DNA of 54,460 bases from a candidate division WOR-3 bacterium (GCA_016936155.1 JAFGPO010000032.1:1-54460); one strand, 5' to 3'. Positions 9,206-19,133 are shown, counted from the first letter of the stretch. The notes: generated by a model from the sequence alone, not told the origin. Translations and numbers: made by a program.

Positions 9206-9417
9206 CCGTAGATTCCATCATCGGGGGAGTCGAATGGTATGACGGGCATCAAGGGCATAGCGGTCTGCGGCGTGTACAAGTAAGAGGGGTATGGTATGAT
9301 GTGATAACGTATGATCGAACGATCCACGAGGACGTGGTGACATACCGGAGAACAGTTCATTACCACTGTTGTCTGAGTGGTGGTCAGGTGATCACGATGA
9401 TCCATATGCAACCTTGA
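9202..9417 (+). CDS. small hypothetical protein (71 aa)
   Basis: ATGA overlap with the upstream stop; beta-rich sequence MTVDSIIGGVEWYDGHQG...; fills the gap up to the next promoter. Confidence 0.45.
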   Translation: MTVDSIIGGVEWYDGHQGHSGLRRVQVRGVWYDVITYDRTIHEDVVTYRRTVHYHCCLSGGQVITMIHMQP

Positions 9418-9441
9418 CATGCCGCGTCGCTTCAGTATAAT
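9414..9441 (+). promoter_or_regulatory. sigma70-type promoter, leadered (AAGGAGG RBS)
   Basis: TTGACA-16-TATAAT, exact consensus hexamers. Confidence 0.8.
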
Positions 9442-9471
9442 AGGGTAAGTCATGTGACATAAGGAGGTTCT

Positions 9472-10593
9472 ATGAGACTATCTGTTAAGATCGTCTGTGG
9501 TTTGATGTGTGCTCTCTGCGTCAGTGTGCTGTCAGCCCGTTCGCCGTCGCGAACCAGTGAGGTAGCACAGCAGTACATTGTCCCGCAAAGAGGCGAATCA
9601 GTGTATGTGCCGTCCTCTCGACAGGGCGGTGTTTTGTTTGTCGAGGATATCTGCGGCACATTCGGACCGGGAACGAGTCCGGACCCGCTCTGGCAGGGAA
9701 CGCTCGACGCCATCCTCGGGACAGGTAACTATGGATGGTATACGACAACGAGCGCCGGGGATAATGGTCCTGATTCCCTGGAGATGATGAACTATGATCT
9801 CGTGATCTGGAATTGCTACGATTACTGGTGGCAGGATACTACTGCATTGACGGGCATTGATCAACTCAACCTTGAATCTTACTTCTATAATCAGGGCGGC
9901 GTCTGGCTCATTGGTCAGGATCTGCTGTGGAGCGGTGTACCCATGACCTGGATGCAGAGCTTTTTCCATTTGGCGAGTGCAACCCAGGATTACCTCTGGG
10001 ATGAACCGGATGTGAATCTCCACGGGCTTGTTGAGATCGATAGTATTGCTTTCCTTGCGACATCTGATTATGCGAGCAACAATTTCTTTACCGATGCGCT
10101 TGTTCCGGATGCGTACGCCCACGTCGTACTTGAAGATACTGATAACAGCCAGGATGTGGGTATCTTCTACCCTGGACAGGGTGATTGGCAGGCAGCGTTC
10201 TGGACGATCGACGGGCGCAATCCCAACCCGAACAGCGAGTGGGTCCAGATGGTCACTCAGATGCTCGAAGCATTCGGCATCACCGGGATCCAGGAGACCC
10301 CGGGGCACGAGGTCGCGCGCCGGCTCTGGCTGACAATCAGCCCGGATCCAGTTGTTCAGACGACCACCGTGAGCTACAATGTTCCGTTGGCCGGACACGT
10401 GCAGCTTAAGATCTTCAACCGTGCTGGACAGCATGTGGTAACGCTCATCGATGAGCAGAAACCTGCCGGTACGTACACTCTGACGTGGAATGCCAGGGAC
10501 AAGGCTGGTGTTCCCGTAGCAAATGGTGTGTACTTTGTCAGGCTGGAATGCAACGAGTTGGTCAATACCGCCAGTCTCGTTGTTGTTCAGTAG
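9472..10593 (+). CDS. secreted acidic protein with FlgD-Ig / T9SS type A-like C-terminal domain
   Basis: Signal peptide; CTD ISPDPV...LKIFNRAGQHVVTL...WNARDKAG..VANGVYFVRL...LVVVQ. Confidence 0.85.
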   Translation: MRLSVKIVCGLMCALCVSVLSARSPSRTSEVAQQYIVPQRGESVYVPSSRQGGVLFVEDICGTFGPGTSPDPLWQGTLDAILGTGNYGWYTTTSAGDNGPDSLEMMNYDLVIWNCYDYWWQDTTALTGIDQLNLESYFYNQGGVWLIGQDLLWSGVPMTWMQSFFHLASATQDYLWDEPDVNLHGLVEIDSIAFLATSDYASNNFFTDALVPDAYAHVVLEDTDNSQDVGIFYPGQGDWQAAFWTIDGRNPNPNSEWVQMVTQMLEAFGITGIQETPGHEVARRLWLTISPDPVVQTTTVSYNVPLAGHVQLKIFNRAGQHVVTLIDEQKPAGTYTLTWNARDKAGVPVANGVYFVRLECNELVNTASLVVVQ

Positions 10594-10611
10594 AACGCGG
10601 CATTTATTACG

Positions 10612-10639
10612 AGCGGGGTCGTATGACCCCGCTTTTTTT
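10612..10639 (+). terminator. intrinsic terminator
   Basis: AGCGGGGTC-GTAT-GACCCCGCT followed by a T run, between convergent genes. Confidence 0.85.
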
Positions 10640-11636
10640 ATATGCGGAGGATCGTTGAACCGGAGATCTTTGAGTGTTTGATATTGAGCAATGCTTCGTG
10701 CACGCCATCAAGCGGATAGACTGTTGTGCTCGCCTTAATTTTAAATTGTGAGGCGATATCAAGGAACGCGCGGACATTACGCCGCGATGTGTTGGCGATC
10801 GCAACAAGACTTTTTTCCGGCCAGATCAGCGAGTAATCGAACGCCGGGAGGAAAGAAGCGTAGATCCCTGCCGAGACTATGCGTCCTCCTTTATCAAGCC
10901 GCGACAGTGCGTTGACAATGAGTTCGCCGCTCGGCGCGAACACGATCCCGGCATCGAGGAGCGTTCCCATATCTTCATCGCTGTGACCGACCCATGCAGC
11001 GCCTAATCGCCGGGCGAGTTCCAATTCGCGGTCTGTGCGCGACACAACGTACACCTCAAGTCCGAGATGGATCGCGACCTGGATGATGATATGGGCGGAT
11101 GATCCAAAACCGAACAGGCCAAGTTTGCCTTCATTTTTTAACCCGGTCGCCTCGAATGCCTGGTATCCAATGACGCCGGCACACAAAAGCGGCGCTGCTT
11201 CTACATCGGTATAGCCGGGGGGCAGTTGATATGCAAAGTCCTCATGGATGGTCACGAACTCGGCAAGACCGCCATCCGCGTCATATCCGGTGAATCGTGC
11301 ATTGTCGCATATATTTTCCATGTCATGCTTGCAATATTTGCACACCCCGCATGTTCGGTAGAGCCAGGGGATGCCTGCCCGGTCGCCGATTTTCCACGCC
11401 GTCACGCTTTCCCCGATCCGGTCGATCCGCCCGACGATCTGATGCCCGACGATCACCGGCATTTTATGCGCCGGGAGGTCGCCTTCAATAATGTGCAGAT
11501 CAGTACGGCACGCCCCGCATAGTGATATTGCAAGACGGATCTCGTGTTCGCCGGGATGGGGTTCTGGATAGTCCTCGACCATGCGCAAAGGAGATTCTTC
11601 CAGGAGTTTTTGTTCGTACAATACAACGGCTCTCAT
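10638..11636 (-). CDS. zinc-dependent alcohol dehydrogenase (MDR family)
   Basis: CRTDLH, GHQIVG, CGVCKYC...ENIC structural Zn site, PLLCAG, GFGSSAH. Confidence 0.93.
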   Translation of the reverse strand: MRAVVLYEQKLLEESPLRMVEDYPEPHPGEHEIRLAISLCGACRTDLHIIEGDLPAHKMPVIVGHQIVGRIDRIGESVTAWKIGDRAGIPWLYRTCGVCKYCKHDMENICDNARFTGYDADGGLAEFVTIHEDFAYQLPPGYTDVEAAPLLCAGVIGYQAFEATGLKNEGKLGLFGFGSSAHIIIQVAIHLGLEVYVVSRTDRELELARRLGAAWVGHSDEDMGTLLDAGIVFAPSGELIVNALSRLDKGGRIVSAGIYASFLPAFDYSLIWPEKSLVAIANTSRRNVRAFLDIASQFKIKASTTVYPLDGVHEALLNIKHSKISGSTILRI

Positions 11637-11641
11637 GGGGG

Positions 11642-11670
11642 ATTATAGCAGAATTCGTGCATTGAGTCAA
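11642..11670 (-). promoter_or_regulatory. sigma70-type promoter, leaderless
   Basis: TTGACT-17-TATAAT-5-ATG(11636). Confidence 0.75.
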
Positions 11671-11695
11671 TGTGGATCCGGTCTGCACGACCGTA

Positions 11696-11723
11696 TTGAC
11701 AAGATCCTCAATCAGATTATCAT
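11696..11723 (+). promoter_or_regulatory. sigma70-type promoter, leaderless
   Basis: TTGACA-16-TATCAT-5-ATG(11729). Confidence 0.75.
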
Positions 11724-11728
11724 TGAGT

Positions 11729-12184
11729 ATGCTGGTGTACTACATGTTTGCACTCTGCTTTGCGATCGAGGGTGGTTATAGCATTCCATCAGTCGGATTT
11801 ACTGATACCCGTTCGGGCGCCATGTTCGCGCTGGTCGTGTCGCGCGATCTTGGTTTTATGGATGCCGGACTCCGGGGGCAGGCAGGGTGGTATCAGGGTG
11901 AGAATGAGGCATATAGCCTTGCGACCTATGGGATGCGGTGGTTTTTTACAAAGAATGCATGGCGCGTCGCGCCGATCCTGGATATCGGTATTGACTACGT
12001 GCAGCGATCGATCAACGGTAACAAGGAGCAAGGTCAAGCCATGACCTACGGGCTGGGAATCGCGGTCAACATCCCCTCAGAGCGGATGCGTGTTTCTCCG
12101 GTGTTCTTTTATGAAGGTGTCACGGACATCAAACGGCATGGAGGGTTTATCGGTATGAAATTAGGGGTTGCGTATGCGTTTTGA
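11729..12184 (+). CDS. small outer-membrane beta-barrel protein (putative)
   Basis: Short hydrophobic N-terminus, alternating Gly/aromatic strands, C-terminal MKLGVAYAF (terminal Phe). Confidence 0.65.
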   Translation: MLVYYMFALCFAIEGGYSIPSVGFTDTRSGAMFALVVSRDLGFMDAGLRGQAGWYQGENEAYSLATYGMRWFFTKNAWRVAPILDIGIDYVQRSINGNKEQGQAMTYGLGIAVNIPSERMRVSPVFFYEGVTDIKRHGGFIGMKLGVAYAF

Positions 12185-12821
12185 CACGCGGGGTATTCGT
12201 GCGGTGGGCGTGTGTTCCATGATCGCGATAATCCTGGCATGCGTATCGTGTGATGAATACATTATCCAGCGTGCGGCGTCCGACTATTTCCAGTACGAAC
12301 CCGGGAACTGGTGGCGGCTTATCGGAACCGCGGATACCCTGTATGTCGAGGTTGAATCAACGGATACGATTGATCAAATTGAGGTTATGCCTGTTTCCTA
12401 TAATGGACAAGCCCGTTTCGTTTTTAAGGGTGACGATGCGCTCTATGAACATATCAGTGTGGTATTCACGTTCTCTGGTTCCGAATATCCGGTGATCGAT
12501 GATTTCATCGCCCGTATCGAATTGCCCTTTGTCAATGGTAACACATGGCACGACAGCCTTATCGGATCGATCGACGTTGCCGGACAGAATATCGCTGCAC
12601 AGCATCATGTGTGGGGATCGATCATTGACTGCCAGTACAGCAGCACCTATGATGGTGATGTATACACGATCGAGATCATGACTCATACACAAATGGTGAC
12701 TTCCGATACAACGGTCACTGATTCCGTGACGGTCCGCGAAGAATTTGCGCCTGGCATCGGCATCGTGCGTTTCCATAGCGGAACCGAAGAATACATTCTG
12801 ACCGATTATTTGGTGCAATAA
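12174..12821 (+). CDS. putative lipoprotein
   Basis: Hydrophobic stretch ending ..ACVSC; DYFQYEPGNWW and EEFAPGIGIV motifs typical of beta-rich hypothetical lipoproteins. Confidence 0.7.
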   Translation: MRFDTRGIRAVGVCSMIAIILACVSCDEYIIQRAASDYFQYEPGNWWRLIGTADTLYVEVESTDTIDQIEVMPVSYNGQARFVFKGDDALYEHISVVFTFSGSEYPVIDDFIARIELPFVNGNTWHDSLIGSIDVAGQNIAAQHHVWGSIIDCQYSSTYDGDVYTIEIMTHTQMVTSDTTVTDSVTVREEFAPGIGIVRFHSGTEEYILTDYLVQ

Positions 12822-12847
12822 CCTTCTCTTTACTCCCTCGCATCGTC

Positions 12848-13510
12848 ATGAAGTCAGGAACCAATGATCAAAAAATCCTGCATGCCATTTTCAATCGGTT
12901 GTATGAGTATTATGGACCACAACATTGGTGGCCTGCCGATACTGCGTTCGAAGTGATGGTTGGTGCAATTCTCACCCAGAACACGAATTGGCATAACGTT
13001 GTGCAGGCACTGAATAACATCCGCTACGCGGGGTATATGGATGCCCGCTTCCTGTACAAACATCGCCGCAGTATCCCGCGTCTTATCAGACCATCGGGAT
13101 TCTACCGGCTTAAGAGCAAGCGGCTTGTTGCGTTCCTCGATTACTTCATTAAAGAGTATGACGGGCGCATTGAAGCGATGAAGAGGAAAAGAACCGGGAC
13201 GCTGCGGGGGGAATTGACCGCGATCTCCGGGATCGGTCCGGAAACAGCCGACTCCATTTTGCTCTACGCGCTCGGGCGTCCGGTATTCGTGATTGATGCG
13301 TATACGCGCCGGATTGGATCGCGCCACGGTTTATATGGGTATGATGCATTGTATGATACCATTCAAAGTATCTTTGAACGAGCGATCCCCAGGCGACCAT
13401 CACTGTATAATGAGTACCACGCCCTGCTCGTCCGGGTCGGAAAGGAGCACTGCGCAAAGCATGAACCTTTGTGTGATTCTTGCCCTGTTCAGCATATACT
13501 CTCATCCTGA
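12848..13510 (+). CDS. endonuclease III-related HhH-GPD DNA glycosylase
   Basis: WWPADTAFEVMVGAILTQNTNW, GIGPETADSILLYA, FVIDAYTRR, C-terminal Cys cluster. Confidence 0.92.
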   Translation: MKSGTNDQKILHAIFNRLYEYYGPQHWWPADTAFEVMVGAILTQNTNWHNVVQALNNIRYAGYMDARFLYKHRRSIPRLIRPSGFYRLKSKRLVAFLDYFIKEYDGRIEAMKRKRTGTLRGELTAISGIGPETADSILLYALGRPVFVIDAYTRRIGSRHGLYGYDALYDTIQSIFERAIPRRPSLYNEYHALLVRVGKEHCAKHEPLCDSCPVQHILSS

Positions 13511-14696
13511 TTCGCTGATACGCGGCGTGTATATAAACTGCTATCAGGCGAGCAAGCAGGAGTACCTCGATGTGATATTTGAAAAAGCGGATTCCAATAT
13601 GATCAATGCCATCGTTGTCGATCTGAAGAGCGATTACGGATTCTTATGCTACGATTCCAAAAATACGATCGCCCGGGAATTGGGTGCGATCAAACGGTTC
13701 GTAAAAGTTGATTATATTCTGGAACAGGCTGCCAAACGGGGCATCAAAGTGATCGCGCGGATTGTGTGTTTCAAGGATGATTACCTGTCAGCATATGAAA
13801 ATTATGCGATCTATAACGACAGCAATGAGGTGTGGAGGGATTACAAGGACCTTGCCTGGACGAACCCCTATAAAAAGGAAGTGCGGGACTATCTCGTCGA
13901 CGTGAGCAAAGAGATCGTTGATCTCGGGTTTACATCACTGACGTTCGATTATCTGCGGTTCCCGACTGATGGACCGGTTGATCGGATGAAGCTTACTAAT
14001 GTATACGGGTCGCGCTGTGATCCTCTTCATGATCTTCTAAAGGCGGTCAGGCATGCAGTCGGTGATACAATCGAGATCGGGGCGTGCGTTTTCGGGTTTA
14101 CGGTCCTCCATGCATTGAAGGCCGAAGGCCAGGATATCGCTAGGATGAGCGAGTATGTGGATGTCTTCTATCCGATGCTCTACCCGTCGCACTTCAACGC
14201 ATCGTATAAAAAGGGCGACACTGAATACTGGCGAAACTACTGGATCTACTATGATGCGATCTATCAGGCGGCAGAAAAAGTGAGGCCGGGTGTGAAGATC
14301 GTGCCGTTCGTACAGGGATTCGACTACCGTACCGAGCAATTCGATGAGACCTACGTATTCGCTCAGATCAACGGCGCTCTGTCAGCCTATGCCGATGGAA
14401 TTGTCATCTGGCATGCCGGTGGTGATTATGCTACTTCTTGGCCTTCCCTTTTGTGGGCACGTAATTCAAGCCTAAGGCGATCCGCTCAGATGAGCCTAAA
14501 TACCCGTATGAGAGAAGCAGGGCAGCTATATCAAGGTAAAAGCCTTTTACCATCCACACCTCTATCGACACCCCAAGCGAAAAGCCTGACCATGGCCCAA
14601 TTGAGTAGCCAACCGGAACCATATCGCTGCTTGAGTAGTGATACCCTCCCATCAAGGCAAAGCCGGAGATTCTATCTTGACCCAGTGTCTCCATGA
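13461..14696 (+). CDS. putative glycoside hydrolase (DUF4015-like TIM barrel), exported
   Basis: IRGVY, INAIVVDLKSDYG, IARIVCFKD, FDYLRFPTDG, PMLYPSHF; start at ATG 13461 after AAGGAG; the C-terminal ~88 codons overlap the opposite-strand gene. Confidence 0.8.
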   Translation: MNLCVILALFSIYSHPDSLIRGVYINCYQASKQEYLDVIFEKADSNMINAIVVDLKSDYGFLCYDSKNTIARELGAIKRFVKVDYILEQAAKRGIKVIARIVCFKDDYLSAYENYAIYNDSNEVWRDYKDLAWTNPYKKEVRDYLVDVSKEIVDLGFTSLTFDYLRFPTDGPVDRMKLTNVYGSRCDPLHDLLKAVRHAVGDTIEIGACVFGFTVLHALKAEGQDIARMSEYVDVFYPMLYPSHFNASYKKGDTEYWRNYWIYYDAIYQAAEKVRPGVKIVPFVQGFDYRTEQFDETYVFAQINGALSAYADGIVIWHAGGDYATSWPSLLWARNSSLRRSAQMSLNTRMREAGQLYQGKSLLPSTPLSTPQAKSLTMAQLSSQPEPYRCLSSDTLPSRQSRRFYLDPVSP

Positions 14697-15429
14697 GCGA
14701 AATGCTGCGGATGCGAACCTCTGCACCGAGTGAAAAGGTCGTCCGTACATCCGGATACACCGAATAATCAAAACTCAATGCCGTGTGGCTTTCACCAAAG
14801 GGGATCTTCACCGCAATGCCCTGGCGGAAGTTCACAGGCGGATATTCCCACATATCGATGAATCGCCGGGGTGTCCCGATATTCTTCAAAACCGTTCCCA
14901 GATAGAGATACTTATAAGGGTGAATGATGAAGCCGACATCGAGCAAGGCGCCAAAAGCGCTGTATTCGTAAAGCTGGCTGCGCACGACACTGAGCGCCCC
15001 GCCGATCGCGATGGTTTGTTTTCTGCCGATCGCTCTGCCATAGCCGATATTGAGCAACATATCCGAATTCCTGAACGATTCTCCCTGCTCCCCGCGTTCC
15101 GAGTAAAAATCGTCCTCCGCGGTCAGGTAGGATATCCCGATGCCGATGGCGCCAGATTTCTGACCGATGGGGATCGCGGACGTCAGATTGTAGTAATTCC
15201 AGAACGTGAGGTGATTCATTGCCATGCCGGATACGAAGTACGAACTGATGATACCAAGACCAGAGGGATTCCAGAACACGGCGTTGCCATCGTCACTGAG
15301 CGCAGAGAAAGCGCCGCCCATGGCGACCGGACGCACGCCGATACCGAGTTTCACGAACGTATAACCGGTACTGCCGGATCCAACGAGCTGGCTGACAAGT
15401 GAGAGCGCGATGATGAGTGTTCCGGTCAT
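14431..15429 (-). CDS. PorV/PorQ (UPF0164) family outer-membrane beta-barrel
   Basis: GVRPVAMGGAFSALSDDGNAVFWNPSGL signature, beta-strand pattern. Confidence 0.85.
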   Translation of the reverse strand: MTGTLIIALSLVSQLVGSGSTGYTFVKLGIGVRPVAMGGAFSALSDDGNAVFWNPSGLGIISSYFVSGMAMNHLTFWNYYNLTSAIPIGQKSGAIGIGISYLTAEDDFYSERGEQGESFRNSDMLLNIGYGRAIGRKQTIAIGGALSVVRSQLYEYSAFGALLDVGFIIHPYKYLYLGTVLKNIGTPRRFIDMWEYPPVNFRQGIAVKIPFGESHTALSFDYSVYPDVRTTFSLGAEVRIRSISLMETLGQDRISGFALMGGYHYSSSDMVPVGYSIGPWSGFSLGVSIEVWMVKGFYLDIAALLLSYGYLGSSERIALGLNYVPTKGKAKK

Positions 15430-15461
15430 AAAGTGCTCTACGAGACCTTATAACGGGATGA

Positions 15462-16550
15462 TTATTTAAACCGGTCCTTGAGTTTTTTCAAGACATGCGG
15501 CAGTGTTGTATACTCCATATCTGATAGGGGCAGACGCTGTGGTTCAAAAGGACCGTGACGGCGGATATAATTCGCTATTTCATTCGCCTCTTGACGTGCC
15601 AGGTCATAGCTTACATCCGCGAACATGTCCCGGGGGCCGATCAGCATGCCGTTTGCAAGCTGGAATCCCAGGGCGATAACGCGCGGTGGTCCGTCAAAGC
15701 GCGTGGGGTTGGCATCATTGACCGATACCGGCATAAAAGGACCCCAGTGCGATCCTCTCATCCAACCAGTAACCATGTACGCCATGGCAAATGGTTCCAT
15801 GACCTCGCCGACTGCGGGCAGGCCGCTCTGACAGCGTACGATCATGACCGGATCGTCTTTGCCAACATACCGTCCCGCCATGAGATTGACGCGTTGGGTT
15901 GAGGTCGAGGCGGCAATAAGGCCGTCCTTTTTAAAGACATTCTTAATAATGTAATGTTCGGATGCTCCGATGAGACAGAGGAGATCATAGATGTCCTCGG
16001 GGGAGTTCATGCGCACTGTCTTGTTCTCGAAGATATCGAGAACATCGAATATGAACCCGTCATGCATTGAGGGATCGATAACAAGGCCGATCGTGTTGAA
16101 AGGATCAGCGAACATTTTATACAGCGGCATGTTCCATGCCCCGGGCGATGTTTTGTCCGCGGCAAAAATAATGACCGGTTCGCTCTTGCGTTCTTCTAAT
16201 TCCATTTCTGAGCACCCTGGTCCAAGGCCTTTGACGTTACCTGAGAATGCATCGGACAAGAGGTCCTGACCGGCTCCATACAGTTTGAGTTCCTTCGCGA
16301 TATTCGTGCCTTCAATAAAAATATCCCATGCCATTTTGTGTATTTCGCCATTATCATACCCGTGGCGATGGGTGATGATAAGATCCAGGTCGTCACCGCA
16401 ATGGGTAACATGGAAATCTACGATCAGGCCTTTCTTTTTATGCTCATCGAGCATTTGATTGGCTTTTGCGACCAGGTTAGGATGCATGCTCGAGTGCCCC
16501 ACATACCCTCCGACATCCGCCTTAATTACGCTAATGGTGATCTTATCCAT
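15462..16550 (-). CDS. fbp: bifunctional fructose-1,6-bisphosphate aldolase/phosphatase (class V FBPase)
   Basis: IKADVGG, HCGDDL, GAGQDLL, YVGKDDP (Schiff-base Lys), GWMRGSH; start at ATG 16550 after GGAGG. Confidence 0.95.
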   Translation of the reverse strand: MDKITISVIKADVGGYVGHSSMHPNLVAKANQMLDEHKKKGLIVDFHVTHCGDDLDLIITHRHGYDNGEIHKMAWDIFIEGTNIAKELKLYGAGQDLLSDAFSGNVKGLGPGCSEMELEERKSEPVIIFAADKTSPGAWNMPLYKMFADPFNTIGLVIDPSMHDGFIFDVLDIFENKTVRMNSPEDIYDLLCLIGASEHYIIKNVFKKDGLIAASTSTQRVNLMAGRYVGKDDPVMIVRCQSGLPAVGEVMEPFAMAYMVTGWMRGSHWGPFMPVSVNDANPTRFDGPPRVIALGFQLANGMLIGPRDMFADVSYDLARQEANEIANYIRRHGPFEPQRLPLSDMEYTTLPHVLKKLKDRFK

Positions 16551-16580
16551 TGATTCCTCCTTGTGTTGGTTGCACGGGCT

Positions 16581-16609
16581 ATTATATCTGATTTTCATAT
16601 AAATGTCAA
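16581..16609 (-). promoter_or_regulatory. sigma70-type promoter (fbp)
   Basis: TTGACA-17-TATAAT. Confidence 0.8.
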
Positions 16610-16660
16610 TTGTGACAAAATGCGAAGGCGCAGCGTGATGTGTAAGGCGCTGTGCTCGGG

Positions 16661-16688
16661 TTGACACCATACATTATTTCACTATAAT
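16661..16688 (+). promoter_or_regulatory. sigma70-type promoter (LonC-like gene)
   Basis: TTGACA-16-TATAAT. Confidence 0.8.
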
Positions 16689-16732
16689 TAATTTCATTCA
16701 TGACAGGATCAGAGTGTTATTAAGGAGGCATT

Positions 16733-19117
16733 ATGAAAAAATTCCGAAAATTGAAGCCATCTGAACTGCGGTGGCAATGTGATCCAAAAATTTTGAAATT
16801 CAAGACAGTTAATGATCTTAAGACCTGCGAAGGGATCATCGGTCAGCCGCGCGCCATGGACGCGATTAAACTGGGCCTCAATGTCAAATACCCCGGCTAT
16901 AATCTCTTCATCACGGGACCGGTCGGCACGGGACGTACGACCGCGATCACAAAACTACTCGGTGAGATTGATGTGAAAAAGGATAAACTTGCTGATCTCA
17001 TTTATGTGAACAATTTTAAGAATAATGATATGCCTCACCTCATCATGCTCAATGCCGGCGATGGTCGGCGTTTGCGAAAAGCGATGCGGAATCTGGTCGA
17101 GGATTTGAAAACGCACATATCAGACGTTTTCAGCAGTGAGGACTACCAAAAGCGCCGCCAGGGTATTGTGAGTAAGTATGAAGAGGAGAACCGTCAACTC
17201 CTGCAGGAGTTCGAGAAACGGATCGAAGAACATGGATTTAAAGTCGTACAGATCCAGGCTGGCCCATTCACACGTCCGGCGATCTTCCCGCTTATTGACG
17301 GCAAACCGAAGAAACCAGAGGAGATCGACACGCTGCTCAAAGAGGGCAAAATCAACGAAGAAAGATACAAAGAGATCAAAGATAGTATCAAACAGTTCGA
17401 ATCCGACCTTGCATCAATCTACACGCGGGTAAAAGAAATACAGGAGAAAGCCAATGATGAGATCGGTTCCTTGAATGAGATGATGGTCAAGCCGGTCGTT
17501 GCACACTATATACAGGATATGCATAAAAAATTCAATTATAAAAAATTGCATGAATATTTCGCCGAGGTGGTCGATTCGATCATGCAGGATCTTGAACGGT
17601 TCCTGAAAAAAGAGAACAAGGACGACGAATTCCGGGAATACCAGGTTAATGTGCTTGTCGATAATTCCGATACGGAAAAGCGCCCGATCATCTTCGAGAC
17701 GACACCGTCCTACAAGAATCTCTTCGGTACGATCGAGCGGTACGTGGCTGCCCCGGGTATGTATGTGAGCGATTTTTTGAATATCAAGGCAGGCTCCCTG
17801 CTGCGCGCGAACGGCGGTTATCTTGTGATCAATGCCTTTGACGCACTGATCGAACCAGGTGTGTGGCAGACTTTGAAGCGTACGCTGCGCAACGGTATCG
17901 TCGATATCCAGGCATTCGATCCGTTCTACATTCTTGCCAGCTCCGCGCTCAAACCAGAGCCGATTGCGATCAATATAAAGGTTGTGATGATCGGCGCCCA
18001 ATGGCTTTACTACTTATTGTATTACCGGGATGAGGACTTCAAGAAGATATTCAAGGTCAAAGCGGATTTCGACACGGTCATGGACAAGTCGCACGAGAAC
18101 ATCAATGAATACGCTTCCTTTGTAAAGTCCATATGCCACAGCGAGCAATTACTGCCCTTCTCGAAACAGGCGATCGCTGATATCATCGAGTACGGCGTGC
18201 GCATAGCCGGGCGTCAGGATAAACTTTCAACGCGGTTCCACGTGATCGCGGACATCATACGGGAAGCCGATTACTGGGCGCGTCAGGGCAGGAAGAAGAC
18301 CGTTGGCGTGGTCGAGATCGAGAAGGCGATCGAAGGATGGCGCCGGCGTGTCAATATGCTCGAGGACAAGATCCAGGAAATGATCGACAAGGATATCCTC
18401 ATGATCCAGACCACGGGCAGCGCAGTGGGACAGCTAAACGGCCTGTCCGTGTACCAGGTTGGCGGTTACAGTTTCGGACGTCCCACCAAGATCACGGCAA
18501 AGACCTGGGTCGGACGGGCTGGTATAATCAATATCGAACGCGAGGCGAACCTCGGGGGCAAGACTTATAACAAAGGCGTGTTGATTCTCAACGGGTTCCT
18601 GAAATCGCGCTACGGTCAGGAGCGTCCGATGGCGATGGATGCAACGCTCGGATTCGAACAGTCGTACAGTGATGTCGACGGTGATTCGGCATCGAGCGCG
18701 GAGGTCTATGCGCTTCTTTCTTCACTTGCTGACGTTCCGCTTGATCAGGAACTGGCCGTGACCGGATCGGTCAACCAAAACGGCGAGGTCCAACCGATCG
18801 GCGGCGTGAATCAAAAGATCGAAGGATTCTATGATGTGTGTAAGTCCCGGGGATTCACCGGAAAACAAGGAGTCATGATCCCGGAAAGCAATGTCCATGA
18901 CCTGATGCTCAGACAGGATATCATCGAGACGGTCAAGAAGAAAAAATTCCATATCTTCGCGGTCGCAACGATCGATCAGGGTATCGAACTTCTCACCGGG
19001 ATCAAAGCCGGGAAAAAGACAAAAAGTGGATTTGAAAAGGATAGTATCAATGATCGTGTGGACAAAAAACTACAGGATTTTGCGCAAAAAATGAAGGGAT
19101 TTGCCAAGAATAAGTAG
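16733..19117 (+). CDS. Lon-like protease, LonC/AAA_32 type (S16)
   Basis: IIGQPRA, GPVGTGRT, AGSLLRANGGYL, coiled-coil insertion, catalytic VDGDSASSAE and PIGGVNQKIEG. Confidence 0.92.
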   Translation: MKKFRKLKPSELRWQCDPKILKFKTVNDLKTCEGIIGQPRAMDAIKLGLNVKYPGYNLFITGPVGTGRTTAITKLLGEIDVKKDKLADLIYVNNFKNNDMPHLIMLNAGDGRRLRKAMRNLVEDLKTHISDVFSSEDYQKRRQGIVSKYEEENRQLLQEFEKRIEEHGFKVVQIQAGPFTRPAIFPLIDGKPKKPEEIDTLLKEGKINEERYKEIKDSIKQFESDLASIYTRVKEIQEKANDEIGSLNEMMVKPVVAHYIQDMHKKFNYKKLHEYFAEVVDSIMQDLERFLKKENKDDEFREYQVNVLVDNSDTEKRPIIFETTPSYKNLFGTIERYVAAPGMYVSDFLNIKAGSLLRANGGYLVINAFDALIEPGVWQTLKRTLRNGIVDIQAFDPFYILASSALKPEPIAINIKVVMIGAQWLYYLLYYRDEDFKKIFKVKADFDTVMDKSHENINEYASFVKSICHSEQLLPFSKQAIADIIEYGVRIAGRQDKLSTRFHVIADIIREADYWARQGRKKTVGVVEIEKAIEGWRRRVNMLEDKIQEMIDKDILMIQTTGSAVGQLNGLSVYQVGGYSFGRPTKITAKTWVGRAGIINIEREANLGGKTYNKGVLILNGFLKSRYGQERPMAMDATLGFEQSYSDVDGDSASSAEVYALLSSLADVPLDQELAVTGSVNQNGEVQPIGGVNQKIEGFYDVCKSRGFTGKQGVMIPESNVHDLMLRQDIIETVKKKKFHIFAVATIDQGIELLTGIKAGKKTKSGFEKDSINDRVDKKLQDFAQKMKGFAKNK

Positions 19118-19133
19118 CGTTTTAAACACTGTC

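Noticed and set aside
9598-10434. Long antisense ORFs (also 39250..40146, 23476..24198, 44108..44815 and others)
   Set aside because: They lie opposite well-supported genes and lack motifs; these are the expected codon-bias shadows.
16611-16627. TGTGACAAAATGCGAAG as another activator site
   Set aside because: Only the left half matches, and I found no sigma54 promoter nearby.
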